A stretch of 62,374 bases of DNA from an uncultured Gammaproteobacteria bacterium. Lineage in GTDB: Bacteria; Patescibacteriota; Patescibacteriia; Patescibacteriales; UBA12465. Position numbers and translations under genes: made by a program. Location of the stretch: positions 1-62,374 of the forward strand of contig CAZPPL010000006.1 in the NCBI GenBank assembly GCA_964588465.1. Reading direction: 5' to 3'. Position 1 is the stretch's first letter, and every line of letters begins with the position of its first letter. Below the pieces are notes generated by a model. That model searched no databases. It was not told the DNA's origin and saw only the letters and a program-made list of their open reading frames with translations. This document shows, piece by piece, positions 48,019 to 56,536 of this stretch.

Positions 48019-49800
48019 GTGAGTAAAAGTAAAAAACAACAATTAGAAGAATTACTTAAAATTCATTTTAACTATGAATCTTTTTTGCCTGGGCAGGAAA
48101 TAGCTATTGATAATATTATGGCCCATAAAAATACGGTGGTAGTCATGCCTACTGGGGGTGGAAAATCTTTAATTTTTCAGTTGTCTGCTTTAATTTTGGA
48201 GGGAATTACTATTGTGGTTTCTCCCCTAATTGCTTTAATGAAAGATCAGGTTGATTCTCTAGAACAAGTTGGTATCCCGGCTACTTTTATTAATTCTTCA
48301 GTATCTTCAACCGAACTGAATGAACGTTTACTTAAAATTAAAAGTGGTTATTATAAAATTGTTTATATTGCCCCAGAACGTTTTTATAATTCTCAGTTTT
48401 TGAGAGATTTAAAACAAATTAAGGTTTCTCTATTTGCAATTGATGAAGCTCATTGTATTAGTCAGTGGGGGCATGATTTTCGTCCTAGCTATCTTCGTTT
48501 AAAACAAGCGATTGAATTTGTTGGTTCTCCCACTGTAGTAGCTCTAACCGCTACCGCTACCCCTGAGGTAAGAACTGATATTATGAAACAATTAGGTCTA
48601 AAAAATATGGAATTAGTGGTTACTGGATTTGCTAGACCAAATTTACAATTTGCGGTTACTCCAGCAGGTGGTGGTCAAAAAATTGAAAATATTGTTAATT
48701 TATTCATCACTAATTCTAATCTAGGATCGGGAATTATTTATGTCGGCACTCGTGCTAAAGCCGATGAAATTGCCGAAGCCTTAATAGATAATGATGTTAA
48801 GGCGGTGGTATATCATGCTGGAATGGATACTAATAGTCGCGATTGGGTTCAGGAACAATTTATGCAGGGTAAAGCTCAAGTAGTGGTGGCAACCAATGCT
48901 TTTGGTTTAGGAATTAATAAGCCCGATATTCGTTTTGTTATTCATCATGATTTGCCTGGTACTATAGAAGCCTATTATCAAGAAGCTGGACGAGCGGGAC
49001 GAGATGGAAAACCTAGTTTTTGTTTATTATTATATCATCAGCAAGATCGTTATTTGCGAGAATTTTTTATTAAAGGAGACAACCCTAGTCCAGAAATAAT
49101 TAAAGAGATATATGATTTTTTGTTGCGTCGTATTAAATCTGAAGTTGATCCCCAAACTTCAATTTTAGTTACCTATGCTGAGATTGCTAAAGAATTATCT
49201 GATTCGGTGCCAGAAATGGCTATTGGTATGGCTTTAAAGATTTTAGAAAAGGGATCTTATATTACTCGTCCTAATGAAAGAAAATCTAGTTCTTATTTAA
49301 AACTAAAGCGACCTTGGCCGGAAATTATCGTTGCCTTAGGGCTTCGTGCTAAAAAACAATTGGAAATTGTTAATAAACTGGAAGAAAAGTATAAGACTAA
49401 ATTAGAGTCAGGTTGGGCTTTTAATTTAGAAGAGGTAGCTTTAGTATTACAAGTTAAGAAGGCTTCTTTTTTGCGAACAATCAAAAAATTGGCGGAGAAT
49501 GATTTATTAGAATATAAACCGCCCTTTCGGGGAACGGAAATTAAAGTTTTAAAAATAGTGGAACCCGAAGACCTAAATTTAGATTTTGTTGCCTTAAAGG
49601 CTAAAATAGCTAGAGCCTATGAAAAGTTAGATGAAATGGAAAATTATGTTCACCAAGTAGGTTGTCGCCAAGATTATATTTTAAAATATTTTGGTGAAAC
49701 TGGGGCCAAAACTTGTGGAAAATGTGATAACTGTTTAAGATTACAAAGAATTAAAAATAAAGGGGGAGAAGATTATCGTTTAAAAAAATATTTAGTTTAG
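48019..49800 (+). CDS. recQ: RecQ-family ATP-dependent DNA helicase (atypical domain order)
   Basis: GTG start. Motifs MPTGGGKS, DEAHCISQWGHDFRPSY, TATAT, QEAGRAGRDG. The RecQ zinc motif CRQDYILKYFGE...CGKCDNC sits at the extreme C-terminus, after two winged-helix-like segments. Confidence 0.88.
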   Translation: MSKSKKQQLEELLKIHFNYESFLPGQEIAIDNIMAHKNTVVVMPTGGGKSLIFQLSALILEGITIVVSPLIALMKDQVDSLEQVGIPATFINSSVSSTELNERLLKIKSGYYKIVYIAPERFYNSQFLRDLKQIKVSLFAIDEAHCISQWGHDFRPSYLRLKQAIEFVGSPTVVALTATATPEVRTDIMKQLGLKNMELVVTGFARPNLQFAVTPAGGGQKIENIVNLFITNSNLGSGIIYVGTRAKADEIAEALIDNDVKAVVYHAGMDTNSRDWVQEQFMQGKAQVVVATNAFGLGINKPDIRFVIHHDLPGTIEAYYQEAGRAGRDGKPSFCLLLYHQQDRYLREFFIKGDNPSPEIIKEIYDFLLRRIKSEVDPQTSILVTYAEIAKELSDSVPEMAIGMALKILEKGSYITRPNERKSSSYLKLKRPWPEIIVALGLRAKKQLEIVNKLEEKYKTKLESGWAFNLEEVALVLQVKKASFLRTIKKLAENDLLEYKPPFRGTEIKVLKIVEPEDLNLDFVALKAKIARAYEKLDEMENYVHQVGCRQDYILKYFGETGAKTCGKCDNCLRLQRIKNKGGEDYRLKKYLV

Positions 49801-49806
49801 TAAAAT

Positions 49807-50511
49807 ATGAAAGAGGAAACCGCTAAAAAATTATTATACTTAGTTAAACGTAATTATCAAGATATTGCCTCTGAATTCAATATCACCAGAAAAAAAATGA
49901 TTTGGCCAGAGATTGATAATATAGTTGCTGGGATTAAAGCTGGAGTTAAAATTCTAGATGTAGGCTGTGGGAATGGACGGCTAATAGAAGTTTTGAAAGA
50001 TAGAAATATTAATTATTTTGGTTTGGATAATAATAAAGAATTAATAGAAATAGCTCGTAATAATTATCCTGGTTATAAATTCTCAGTAGGAGAATTATTA
50101 AATTTAGAAGAAATGCCTGAATATAATTTTGATTATATTTTTTGTCTAGCAGTCTTGCCACATATTCCTAGCCAAAAGTTACGTATAAAAGCTTTAGAAG
50201 AATTAAGAAAAAAATTGTCTCCTTCGGGTCAGATTATACTTAGTGTTTGGAATCTTTGGAGCCGAGCGGCTAAGAAAGGAAAATTTCGTCGTCTAATTTT
50301 TAAAAATAGTTTGTTGAAAATTAGTGGTCGTAGTAAATTAGATTTAGGTGATTTAGTTTTTCCTTGGAAAAATTCTTTAGGTGAAGCAGTAAGTGATCGC
50401 TATTATCATGCCTTTACCATGATGGAATTAAGGGATTTAGCTAAAAAAACCGGACTACACGTTCACTGGGTTAAGAAAGACTCATTTAATTATTGGTTAA
50501 TATTGAATTAA
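49807..50511 (+). CDS. Class I SAM-dependent methyltransferase
   Basis: Motif I ILDVGCGNGRL, then GLDNNKELIE and acidic loops. Substrate unknown. Confidence 0.75.
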   Translation: MKEETAKKLLYLVKRNYQDIASEFNITRKKMIWPEIDNIVAGIKAGVKILDVGCGNGRLIEVLKDRNINYFGLDNNKELIEIARNNYPGYKFSVGELLNLEEMPEYNFDYIFCLAVLPHIPSQKLRIKALEELRKKLSPSGQIILSVWNLWSRAAKKGKFRRLIFKNSLLKISGRSKLDLGDLVFPWKNSLGEAVSDRYYHAFTMMELRDLAKKTGLHVHWVKKDSFNYWLILN

Positions 50512-50533
50512 AAAAGTTTTATTTGTATCCTTC

Positions 50534-50561
50534 TTGACACCCCCATGGGGCGTGTTATAAT
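50534..50561 (+). promoter_or_regulatory. Promoter with embedded GC-rich palindromic operator (CsoR-family type)
   Basis: TTGACA (50534-50539), 16-nt spacer, TATAAT (50556-50561) with TGT immediately upstream. The spacer is CACCCCCATGGGGCGTG (50538-50554), with a perfect 10-bp palindrome CCCCATGGGG at 50541-50550. Confidence 0.6.
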
Positions 50562-50567
50562 ATTTTT

Positions 50568-50810
50568 ATGAAAACCGTAGAACAACGTATTAATAATATT
50601 ATTGGTCAACTCCAGGGAAGTAAAAAGATGTTGGCCGCTGATAAGTGGGATTGTTTATCAATTTTAACTCAACTTAAAGCTAGCAAATCAGCTATCTCTT
50701 CGCTTATGGATAAAATTATAAAAGAGGAGTTTGATCATTGTTTGGCTGGACCGAAAAAAACTGCTAGATTTAAAATTGAACAAATATTTAAAGAAATAAC
50801 CAAAAAATAA
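50568..50810 (+). CDS. CsoR/RcnR/CstR-family metal- or thiol-sensing transcriptional repressor (DUF156)
   Basis: 80 aa with the three-helix pattern RINNIIGQLQGSKKML...DCLSILTQLKASKSAISSLMDKIIKEEFDHCL. Cys29 and Cys58 are spaced 29 residues apart, as for Cys36/Cys65 of M. tuberculosis CsoR. The His61-equivalent position is Glu54. Confidence 0.8.
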   Translation: MKTVEQRINNIIGQLQGSKKMLAADKWDCLSILTQLKASKSAISSLMDKIIKEEFDHCLAGPKKTARFKIEQIFKEITKK

Positions 50811-50835
50811 TTATAATTTAATAAATAATAAATTT

Positions 50836-51168
50836 ATGTCTAATGTTTTAACCGTTAATAAAGCCGATTTCTCTGAGCAGGTTTTGAGCAGTGGTTTACC
50901 AGTATTGGTAGATTTTTGGGCTCCTTGGTGTATGCCTTGTCGTATGATGGCCCCTACCCTAGATGAGCTTTCAGTAGATATGGCTGGCAAGATTAAAATA
51001 GCCAAAGTCAATACCGAAGACGGTGCTAATCAAGAATTAGCGATTCAATATCAAATACAAAGCATTCCTAATATGAAATTGTTTAAGGATGGAAAAATAA
51101 TTGCCGAGTTTATCGGTTTAAGAAATAAAGAAACTTTACATAGTGAAATTGAAGCCGTTTTAAAATAA
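50836..51168 (+). CDS. trxA: Thioredoxin with CMPC active site
   Basis: VLVDFWAPWCMPCRMMAPTLDEL (WCMPC at 50926-50940) and a thioredoxin fold to the end (IPNMKLFKDGK). Confidence 0.9.
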   Translation: MSNVLTVNKADFSEQVLSSGLPVLVDFWAPWCMPCRMMAPTLDELSVDMAGKIKIAKVNTEDGANQELAIQYQIQSIPNMKLFKDGKIIAEFIGLRNKETLHSEIEAVLK

Positions 51169-51212
51169 AATAAACTCTTATTAGAGTAATTAAAGTAATA
51201 TTCTTAAATTAT

Positions 51213-52430
51213 ATGAGTATTTTTAATGATAATTTAGCAAGATTGCGGGATATTCAAATCTTAGAAAATATTAGCGATAAAGATTTGACCGTCTTATTAA
51301 GTCCAGTTCAGACTAATTATACTGAACTAGAGATTAAAGGGAAAAAATATCCAGCTTGGCGTATTGTCTATAACCGAGCCTTAGGTCCCGGAAAGGGAGG
51401 AATTAGATTTCATCCCGAAGTGAGCGAAGATGAAGTAAAATCTTTAGCTTTTTGGATGACTTTAAAAAATTCTTTGGCTGAGATTCCCTATGGAGGAGCA
51501 AAAGGTGGAGTAAAATTTTCTCCCAAACAGGCCAGTTCAGCAGAATTAGAAGAGGTGAGTCGTAAATATGTAGATAACTTTTATAATTTTTTAGGGCAAG
51601 ATAAAGATGTCCCTGCTCCTGATGTTTATACCAATAAACAAATTATGTCTTGGATGCTGGATGAATTTGAACATAAAGTTGGTCATCATGAGCCTGGGAT
51701 GATCACTGGTAAACCCTTAGAATTGGGGGGCATTGCTCTGCGTAGTGATGCTACCGCAGAAGGAGCTTATATCGTTACTCAGGAATTGAGTAGGGAATTA
51801 ATTAAAAAATCAGAAATTAAGGTAGCTATTCAAGGATTTGGTAATGCGGGTATGTTTATGGCAGAAAAATTATATAATAATGGTTATAAAGTAGTAGCGG
51901 TTTCCGATAGTCAGGGGGGAATTTATCAAACTACTGGATTAGATATTTCTAAGTTGATTATTGCTAAAAAGTCTGGTCAAACAGTAGGCCTTTGGTCTGG
52001 AGGAAACCAGATAAGTAATTTGGAATTATTAGAATTAGATGTTGATATTTTAGCTTTAGCCGCGTTGGAAAATCAAATTACTATAGATAATGCTAATCGT
52101 ATTAAGGCAGATTATTTAGTGGAATTAGCCAATGGGCCCATTACTGATGAGGCGGATAAAATATTAGCGGAGCATAATAAAATTATTGTGCCTGATATTT
52201 TAGCTAATTCTGGAGGAGTTATTGTTAGTTATTTTGAATGGGCACAAAATAAGACTGGACAGATTCTAGACGAAGAGTATCTAGCTAAGCTGTTGAACCA
52301 AAAAATGAAAAATTCTTGGAGCAGGGTTTATAGCAAATATTTAGAAAAAGATAAAAAAATTACTTTACGACAAGCGGCCTATATTTTAGCAATTAAAAGA
52401 GTTTTGGCAGCCGAGAAGTGGCGTAGTTAA
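51213..52430 (+). CDS. Glutamate dehydrogenase (Glu/Leu/Phe/Val dehydrogenase family)
   Basis: GPGKGGIRFHP, catalytic-lysine region YGGAKGGV, Rossmann GFGNAG, C-terminal GGVIVSYFEW. Confidence 0.92.
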   Translation: MSIFNDNLARLRDIQILENISDKDLTVLLSPVQTNYTELEIKGKKYPAWRIVYNRALGPGKGGIRFHPEVSEDEVKSLAFWMTLKNSLAEIPYGGAKGGVKFSPKQASSAELEEVSRKYVDNFYNFLGQDKDVPAPDVYTNKQIMSWMLDEFEHKVGHHEPGMITGKPLELGGIALRSDATAEGAYIVTQELSRELIKKSEIKVAIQGFGNAGMFMAEKLYNNGYKVVAVSDSQGGIYQTTGLDISKLIIAKKSGQTVGLWSGGNQISNLELLELDVDILALAALENQITIDNANRIKADYLVELANGPITDEADKILAEHNKIIVPDILANSGGVIVSYFEWAQNKTGQILDEEYLAKLLNQKMKNSWSRVYSKYLEKDKKITLRQAAYILAIKRVLAAEKWRS

Positions 52431-52467
52431 TCATTTTTTTATCTCTTCATTTAAATAGTACATAAAA

Positions 52468-52489
52468 ACCTCTTCTAATAGAGGTTTTT
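52468..52489. terminator. Bidirectional intrinsic terminator
   Basis: A-run, ACCTCT-TCTAAT-AGAGGT, T-run. Lies between convergent genes. Confidence 0.6.
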
Positions 52490-52522
52490 ATTAAGTTAAA
52501 TTATTTTCTTATATCTAAATAT

Positions 52523-53569
52523 TTATCCGCCACAACTGGCACCTGAGGTAGCTGAACTTGGTGAGACTGCCGAACTAGGTGCTGATTGGTCTGAAGTAGT
52601 ACCAATTCCTGGGGCTGGAGAAATACTAGAAAGGACTGTTTCACACTCTTTTGGTTGAGAAATAAAAGCACTACAAATGGTTTTTAGCAGAGAAGCAGAG
52701 TCGCGACCGCTATTTACTGTTTGTCCATTTATAACTAGAGTCGGTGAGCCTAGAACATTATATTTTTTATTAGCGGCCTGATCAATGGGAAAACTAGGAT
52801 AATTACCACGATAATTTACATGATTTTTAGCGTTAGCAGTAATTTTATAGCTTTGATTGGTCTTCGCAACACAGTTAGTTAATTGAGATTTGTTAATGTT
52901 ATCAGTATTAACACAAGAAGCAGAATCGCCAGACTTTACAAAACAATTTAGATAAGTATCAAATTTTTGTGGTTCATTTTTTTGAATACAATATTGAGTT
53001 GTATTTTCGGCTAATTCCTTAGGCCCATGTAGAGAATAATCTACAAATTTTAGTTTAAAATTAATTTTATTACCTAAGACTGATAGAACGGGTAGAATAC
53101 CTTTTTCTATTTGGGTACCATAAGGGCAATAACTCATTACAAACAGATCGACATTAGGTTTATTGTTTTGGGCACTTACCTTGGTGGACGCCGTGGTCGC
53201 TGGAGTGGTCTTATTAGCCTGATTGGCTTTGGCATTAATTTTATCAATGTTTAAGGCTTGAGGGAAAAACAATTTTCCATCTTTAGTTAAATAGGAAGTA
53301 ACTACATTGCTAACTATATTTATTTTTAATTTGTATAAACCATATTCCGTAGATATTTCTTTCACCGTTGCTTTATTACCACTTTTCATTAAATATTTAT
53401 TAATAAAAGTCTCAGCCCTAGTCTTAGCTTGATTGGGGTTTAAAGTGATAGTTTTTGGCTTTTGGAAGGAGAAAAATCCGATAATGGCTAGAGCAATTAT
53501 TAAAATAATTGGTAAAGTAATACGTAAAAATTTTTCTTTTCCGAAAATATTTTCTATTATTTTTTTCAT
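52523..53569 (-). CDS. Membrane-anchored thioredoxin-fold protein (DsbA/BdbD-like with GILT-like signature), monothiol CPYG site
   Basis: N-terminal TM. FVMSYCPYGTQ is found where CxxC is expected. LHGPKELAENTTQYC resembles the GILT signature HG..E...N....C. LGSPTLVINGQ resembles the DsbA-type cis-Pro loop. The Ser/Ala/Pro-rich tail ends in ...SCGG. Confidence 0.45.
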   Translation of the reverse strand: MKKIIENIFGKEKFLRITLPIILIIALAIIGFFSFQKPKTITLNPNQAKTRAETFINKYLMKSGNKATVKEISTEYGLYKLKINIVSNVVTSYLTKDGKLFFPQALNIDKINAKANQANKTTPATTASTKVSAQNNKPNVDLFVMSYCPYGTQIEKGILPVLSVLGNKINFKLKFVDYSLHGPKELAENTTQYCIQKNEPQKFDTYLNCFVKSGDSASCVNTDNINKSQLTNCVAKTNQSYKITANAKNHVNYRGNYPSFPIDQAANKKYNVLGSPTLVINGQTVNSGRDSASLLKTICSAFISQPKECETVLSSISPAPGIGTTSDQSAPSSAVSPSSATSGASCGG

Positions 53570-53660
53570 AGTTTTGAAATTATATTTTTATTAGATGTAT
53601 TATTTTTTATAGGTTTATTATAGCGAAAATTATTTCAGACGTCAAAAGTTTGTTTAGGAA

Positions 53661-54434
53661 TTAGTGTTGAGGAATAGCTTTATTTAATTCTGGCGATAAC
53701 TCTAAGGTAAAATTTTGAGTTTTTCCTGATAGATCTTGAAAGCTTAAACGATTAGCGATTAAAAATATTCGGCCTAAATTAAGTTTATTATTTTTAACTT
53801 TAGTTTTTTTAGTATAATATAGATTATCGCCAGCCAGAGGATGCCCATAAGCAAAAAAATGAACTCGAATTTGATGGGTACGACCAGTTTTAATTACTAC
53901 TTTTATTAAAGTATAATTTATAAATCTCTTTAAAACAATAAATTCGGTCATAGCATCACGCGATTTAAACCAACCAGTGATATTCCCTTGATCTCGCTCT
54001 CTAGGGTGACGACGTTGGAGCAAATCGCTAGTATGAGCGGGTAGAGCGGCCATACGATATCCGGCGTGAGAACGAGTAATAGGAAAATTAATTATTCCTT
54101 CATCTTTATCTAAACGACCGTGTACTAGAGCAATATAAGCTTTTTTAATTTTTCTATTTTTGAATTGATTTTTTAAACTAAGAAAGCTTTTATTATTTTT
54201 AGCAATAACCATTAATCCACTAACATCTTTATCTAGGCGGTGAACCAGTCCAGGACGACTGGGATCATCGCCCACTAGTTTTATTTTTGGATATTTTATA
54301 ATTAACCAATCTGCTAAAGTTGGTTCTTTTAAATTACCGCCCCCATGGACTGCTAGCCCAGCTGGTTTATTAATTACCAGGTAGTCATTAGTTTCTGTAA
54401 TTATTTGGGGGGTAATAGTAAAAATAGTATTCAT
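53661..54434 (-). CDS. RluA-family pseudouridine synthase (no S4 domain)
   Basis: Catalytic motif HRLDKDVSGLMV. Also GRTHQIRVH. Confidence 0.9.
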   Translation of the reverse strand: MNTIFTITPQIITETNDYLVINKPAGLAVHGGGNLKEPTLADWLIIKYPKIKLVGDDPSRPGLVHRLDKDVSGLMVIAKNNKSFLSLKNQFKNRKIKKAYIALVHGRLDKDEGIINFPITRSHAGYRMAALPAHTSDLLQRRHPRERDQGNITGWFKSRDAMTEFIVLKRFINYTLIKVVIKTGRTHQIRVHFFAYGHPLAGDNLYYTKKTKVKNNKLNLGRIFLIANRLSFQDLSGKTQNFTLELSPELNKAIPQH

Positions 54435-54437
54435 ATT

Positions 54438-55913
54438 TTATAAATTAGGACTGCTGTAAGTTGACCCAATATTTTTATTCTGACGTTTTATAATAGCTGA
54501 AATATCTTCCGATTTAATTCCACCGGTTAAGAACAGAGCAACAAAATAGATTAGACTAGCGATGCCAAGAACCAGAAGTAAACCGCCTAAAGTATTTTGA
54601 TAGTTTCCAGCGAAAAAGTAAAGAAAAATTCCCATTATTATTCCGCTAAGCAATGATTTAAACATAGTTTTTAAATTGGGCAAGAAGTGACTATATTTCC
54701 AAACGCAATAAGCCGAAAAAATAGCAATTAAGGTTTCACTATATATAGTTACTCCAGCAGCACCGAAGTAAGAAAAACGAGGGATAAAGATTAAATAGGC
54801 GATTAAGGAGCTTATACTAGTGAAGACATAAAAACCAATCATTTTTTTTTGTTTATCTAGAGCTACTACGGCGTGGGAAAAAATAGTACCCATAAAGACC
54901 GCAGCTACGGCAAAAATTAGAATTTGTAAGATTATTCCCGAAGCGGCAAAAGTTTTTCCTCCAATAGCAGACATAATTGGCTCACTAAGAAATTGGGCTC
55001 CAATAAGCAAAGGAATAGCTAAAATGGTCATAAAATCAAAGGATTTTTGTAAGACTTTATTAAAGTATTTTTTATTTTTTTCCAGCCAAGCAATAGTTAA
55101 AATTGGTAATATTAGACCCGCGAACATAAAAGGAATAGTAGTCAGAACGTCTATTATTTTATAGGTAGCTCCATATAAACCCACTATAGATTCACTGCGG
55201 AATAAAGATAACAGTAGAATGTCCGCTCGTAAGTAGATCAGATTTAATACGATGGTTATAGCTAATGGCCAAGATTTAGCTATGATCTTTTTCCAGATTG
55301 ACCAATCAAACTCTAATTTGATAGTAGTGAATTTTAAGGAGAAAAAATAATGGAATATAAAATTAATAATAGCGGAGGCGACGGTGCTTAACAAAATGCC
55401 ATTTAGTCCTAAATTTAATTTTTTAGTTAAAATAATTCCTAATAGTAAGGCTAGACGACCAATCATTTCCGCTATAGCATCTCGACTCATATCCAATTTC
55501 TTTTGGAACAGGCCAATAAGTATCTGATTTAAAGCTGGGAATAAAAAAGCTATAAAAGTGATCATTACTCCTAGTTTCACCGCTGGGCTATAAGGAAAGA
55601 ACGAAATTATGATAGGAGCTAGAATTAAAAACAGACTGGCTGAAATTAGACGAAAACCAAATAGATTATTAAGAATTTTATTTTCTATGGTTTTATAAGC
55701 GCTAATCATCTGAACGGTTACTAGGGTTAATCCGAAATCAGTAGCTACTGCGAAAAACCCTAAAAAAGTTATTACCGTAGTGTATTCTCCAAATCCGGAT
55801 CGTCCTAGATAACGTAGTATTAAGGCAATAGAAAAAAGACCCAAAATCGTAGAAATAATTTTACCGACGATTTGGATTAAAGTATTGTGAGCAACTTTTT
55901 TTGTTAAACTCAT
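54438..55913 (-). CDS. MOP-superfamily flippase (Wzx/MurJ-like polysaccharide or lipid-linked oligosaccharide transporter)
   Basis: 491 aa, about 14 TM segments, with an N-terminal pattern (KKVAHNTLIQIVGKIISTILGLF) typical of polysaccharide biosynthesis/flippase proteins. Confidence 0.7.
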   Translation of the reverse strand: MSLTKKVAHNTLIQIVGKIISTILGLFSIALILRYLGRSGFGEYTTVITFLGFFAVATDFGLTLVTVQMISAYKTIENKILNNLFGFRLISASLFLILAPIIISFFPYSPAVKLGVMITFIAFLFPALNQILIGLFQKKLDMSRDAIAEMIGRLALLLGIILTKKLNLGLNGILLSTVASAIINFIFHYFFSLKFTTIKLEFDWSIWKKIIAKSWPLAITIVLNLIYLRADILLLSLFRSESIVGLYGATYKIIDVLTTIPFMFAGLILPILTIAWLEKNKKYFNKVLQKSFDFMTILAIPLLIGAQFLSEPIMSAIGGKTFAASGIILQILIFAVAAVFMGTIFSHAVVALDKQKKMIGFYVFTSISSLIAYLIFIPRFSYFGAAGVTIYSETLIAIFSAYCVWKYSHFLPNLKTMFKSLLSGIIMGIFLYFFAGNYQNTLGGLLLVLGIASLIYFVALFLTGGIKSEDISAIIKRQNKNIGSTYSSPNL

Positions 55914-55976
55914 TTTCTTGTATTTTTAGGAGTATTTTTATATAATATTAAAGTCTAATATAATTATATCATATAT

Positions 55977-56408
55977 ATGAGAATCTCTAAAAAGCAAATT
56001 TTAAATTTTACGTTTTTAATTTTTTTCATTTTATTTGCTTTAGTGGCCTATCTACCGGTTAGAGCAGACAGTAGTTTGTTAAATAGTCAAACAGGAATTT
56101 CAGAAATTGGTAATGTCTATGGTAATTCTCATGTTGATATTAGAATAACCATTGCCAAAATAATTAATGTAGTTTTAAGCTTTTTAGGAATTATATTTAT
56201 AGTTTTAGTTATCTTTGCTGGTTTTCAATATATGATGGCCGCTGGTAATGAAGAAAAAGCTAAAGAAGCTTTGAGTTTAATGCGTAATGCAGTTATTGGT
56301 TTGCTTATTATTTTGATGGCCTGGGTTATTACCCGATATTCTATTTATGTTTTACATCGGACAATTAATAATGCCTTAGATTATACTTGGTATCCTAGCT
56401 TTAGATAA
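55977..56408 (+). CDS. TrbC/VirB2-like type IV secretion pilin-like protein (CPR-type pilin)
   Basis: Signal-like N-terminus. Two TM helices flank FAGFQYMMAAGNEEKAKEALSLMRNAVIGLLIILMAW, the pattern I associate with the T4SS_pilin family that is abundant in CPR genomes. Confidence 0.45.
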   Translation: MRISKKQILNFTFLIFFILFALVAYLPVRADSSLLNSQTGISEIGNVYGNSHVDIRITIAKIINVVLSFLGIIFIVLVIFAGFQYMMAAGNEEKAKEALSLMRNAVIGLLIILMAWVITRYSIYVLHRTINNALDYTWYPSFR

Positions 56409-56440
56409 ACCTTGTTAGTAAAATTAATAATTAGCTAATT

Positions 56441-56468
56441 TTGACAAAAATAAGAATTGTGTTATTAT
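56441..56468 (+). promoter_or_regulatory. Sigma70-type promoter upstream of nusA
   Basis: TTGACA (56441-56446), 16-nt spacer, TATTAT (56463-56468). Confidence 0.4.
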
Positions 56469-56536
56469 GATAAATATAAAGCTAGTTGTTAATCACAATT
56501 AGCTTTTTATTTTAATAAGTTAATTAGTTTAAAAAT

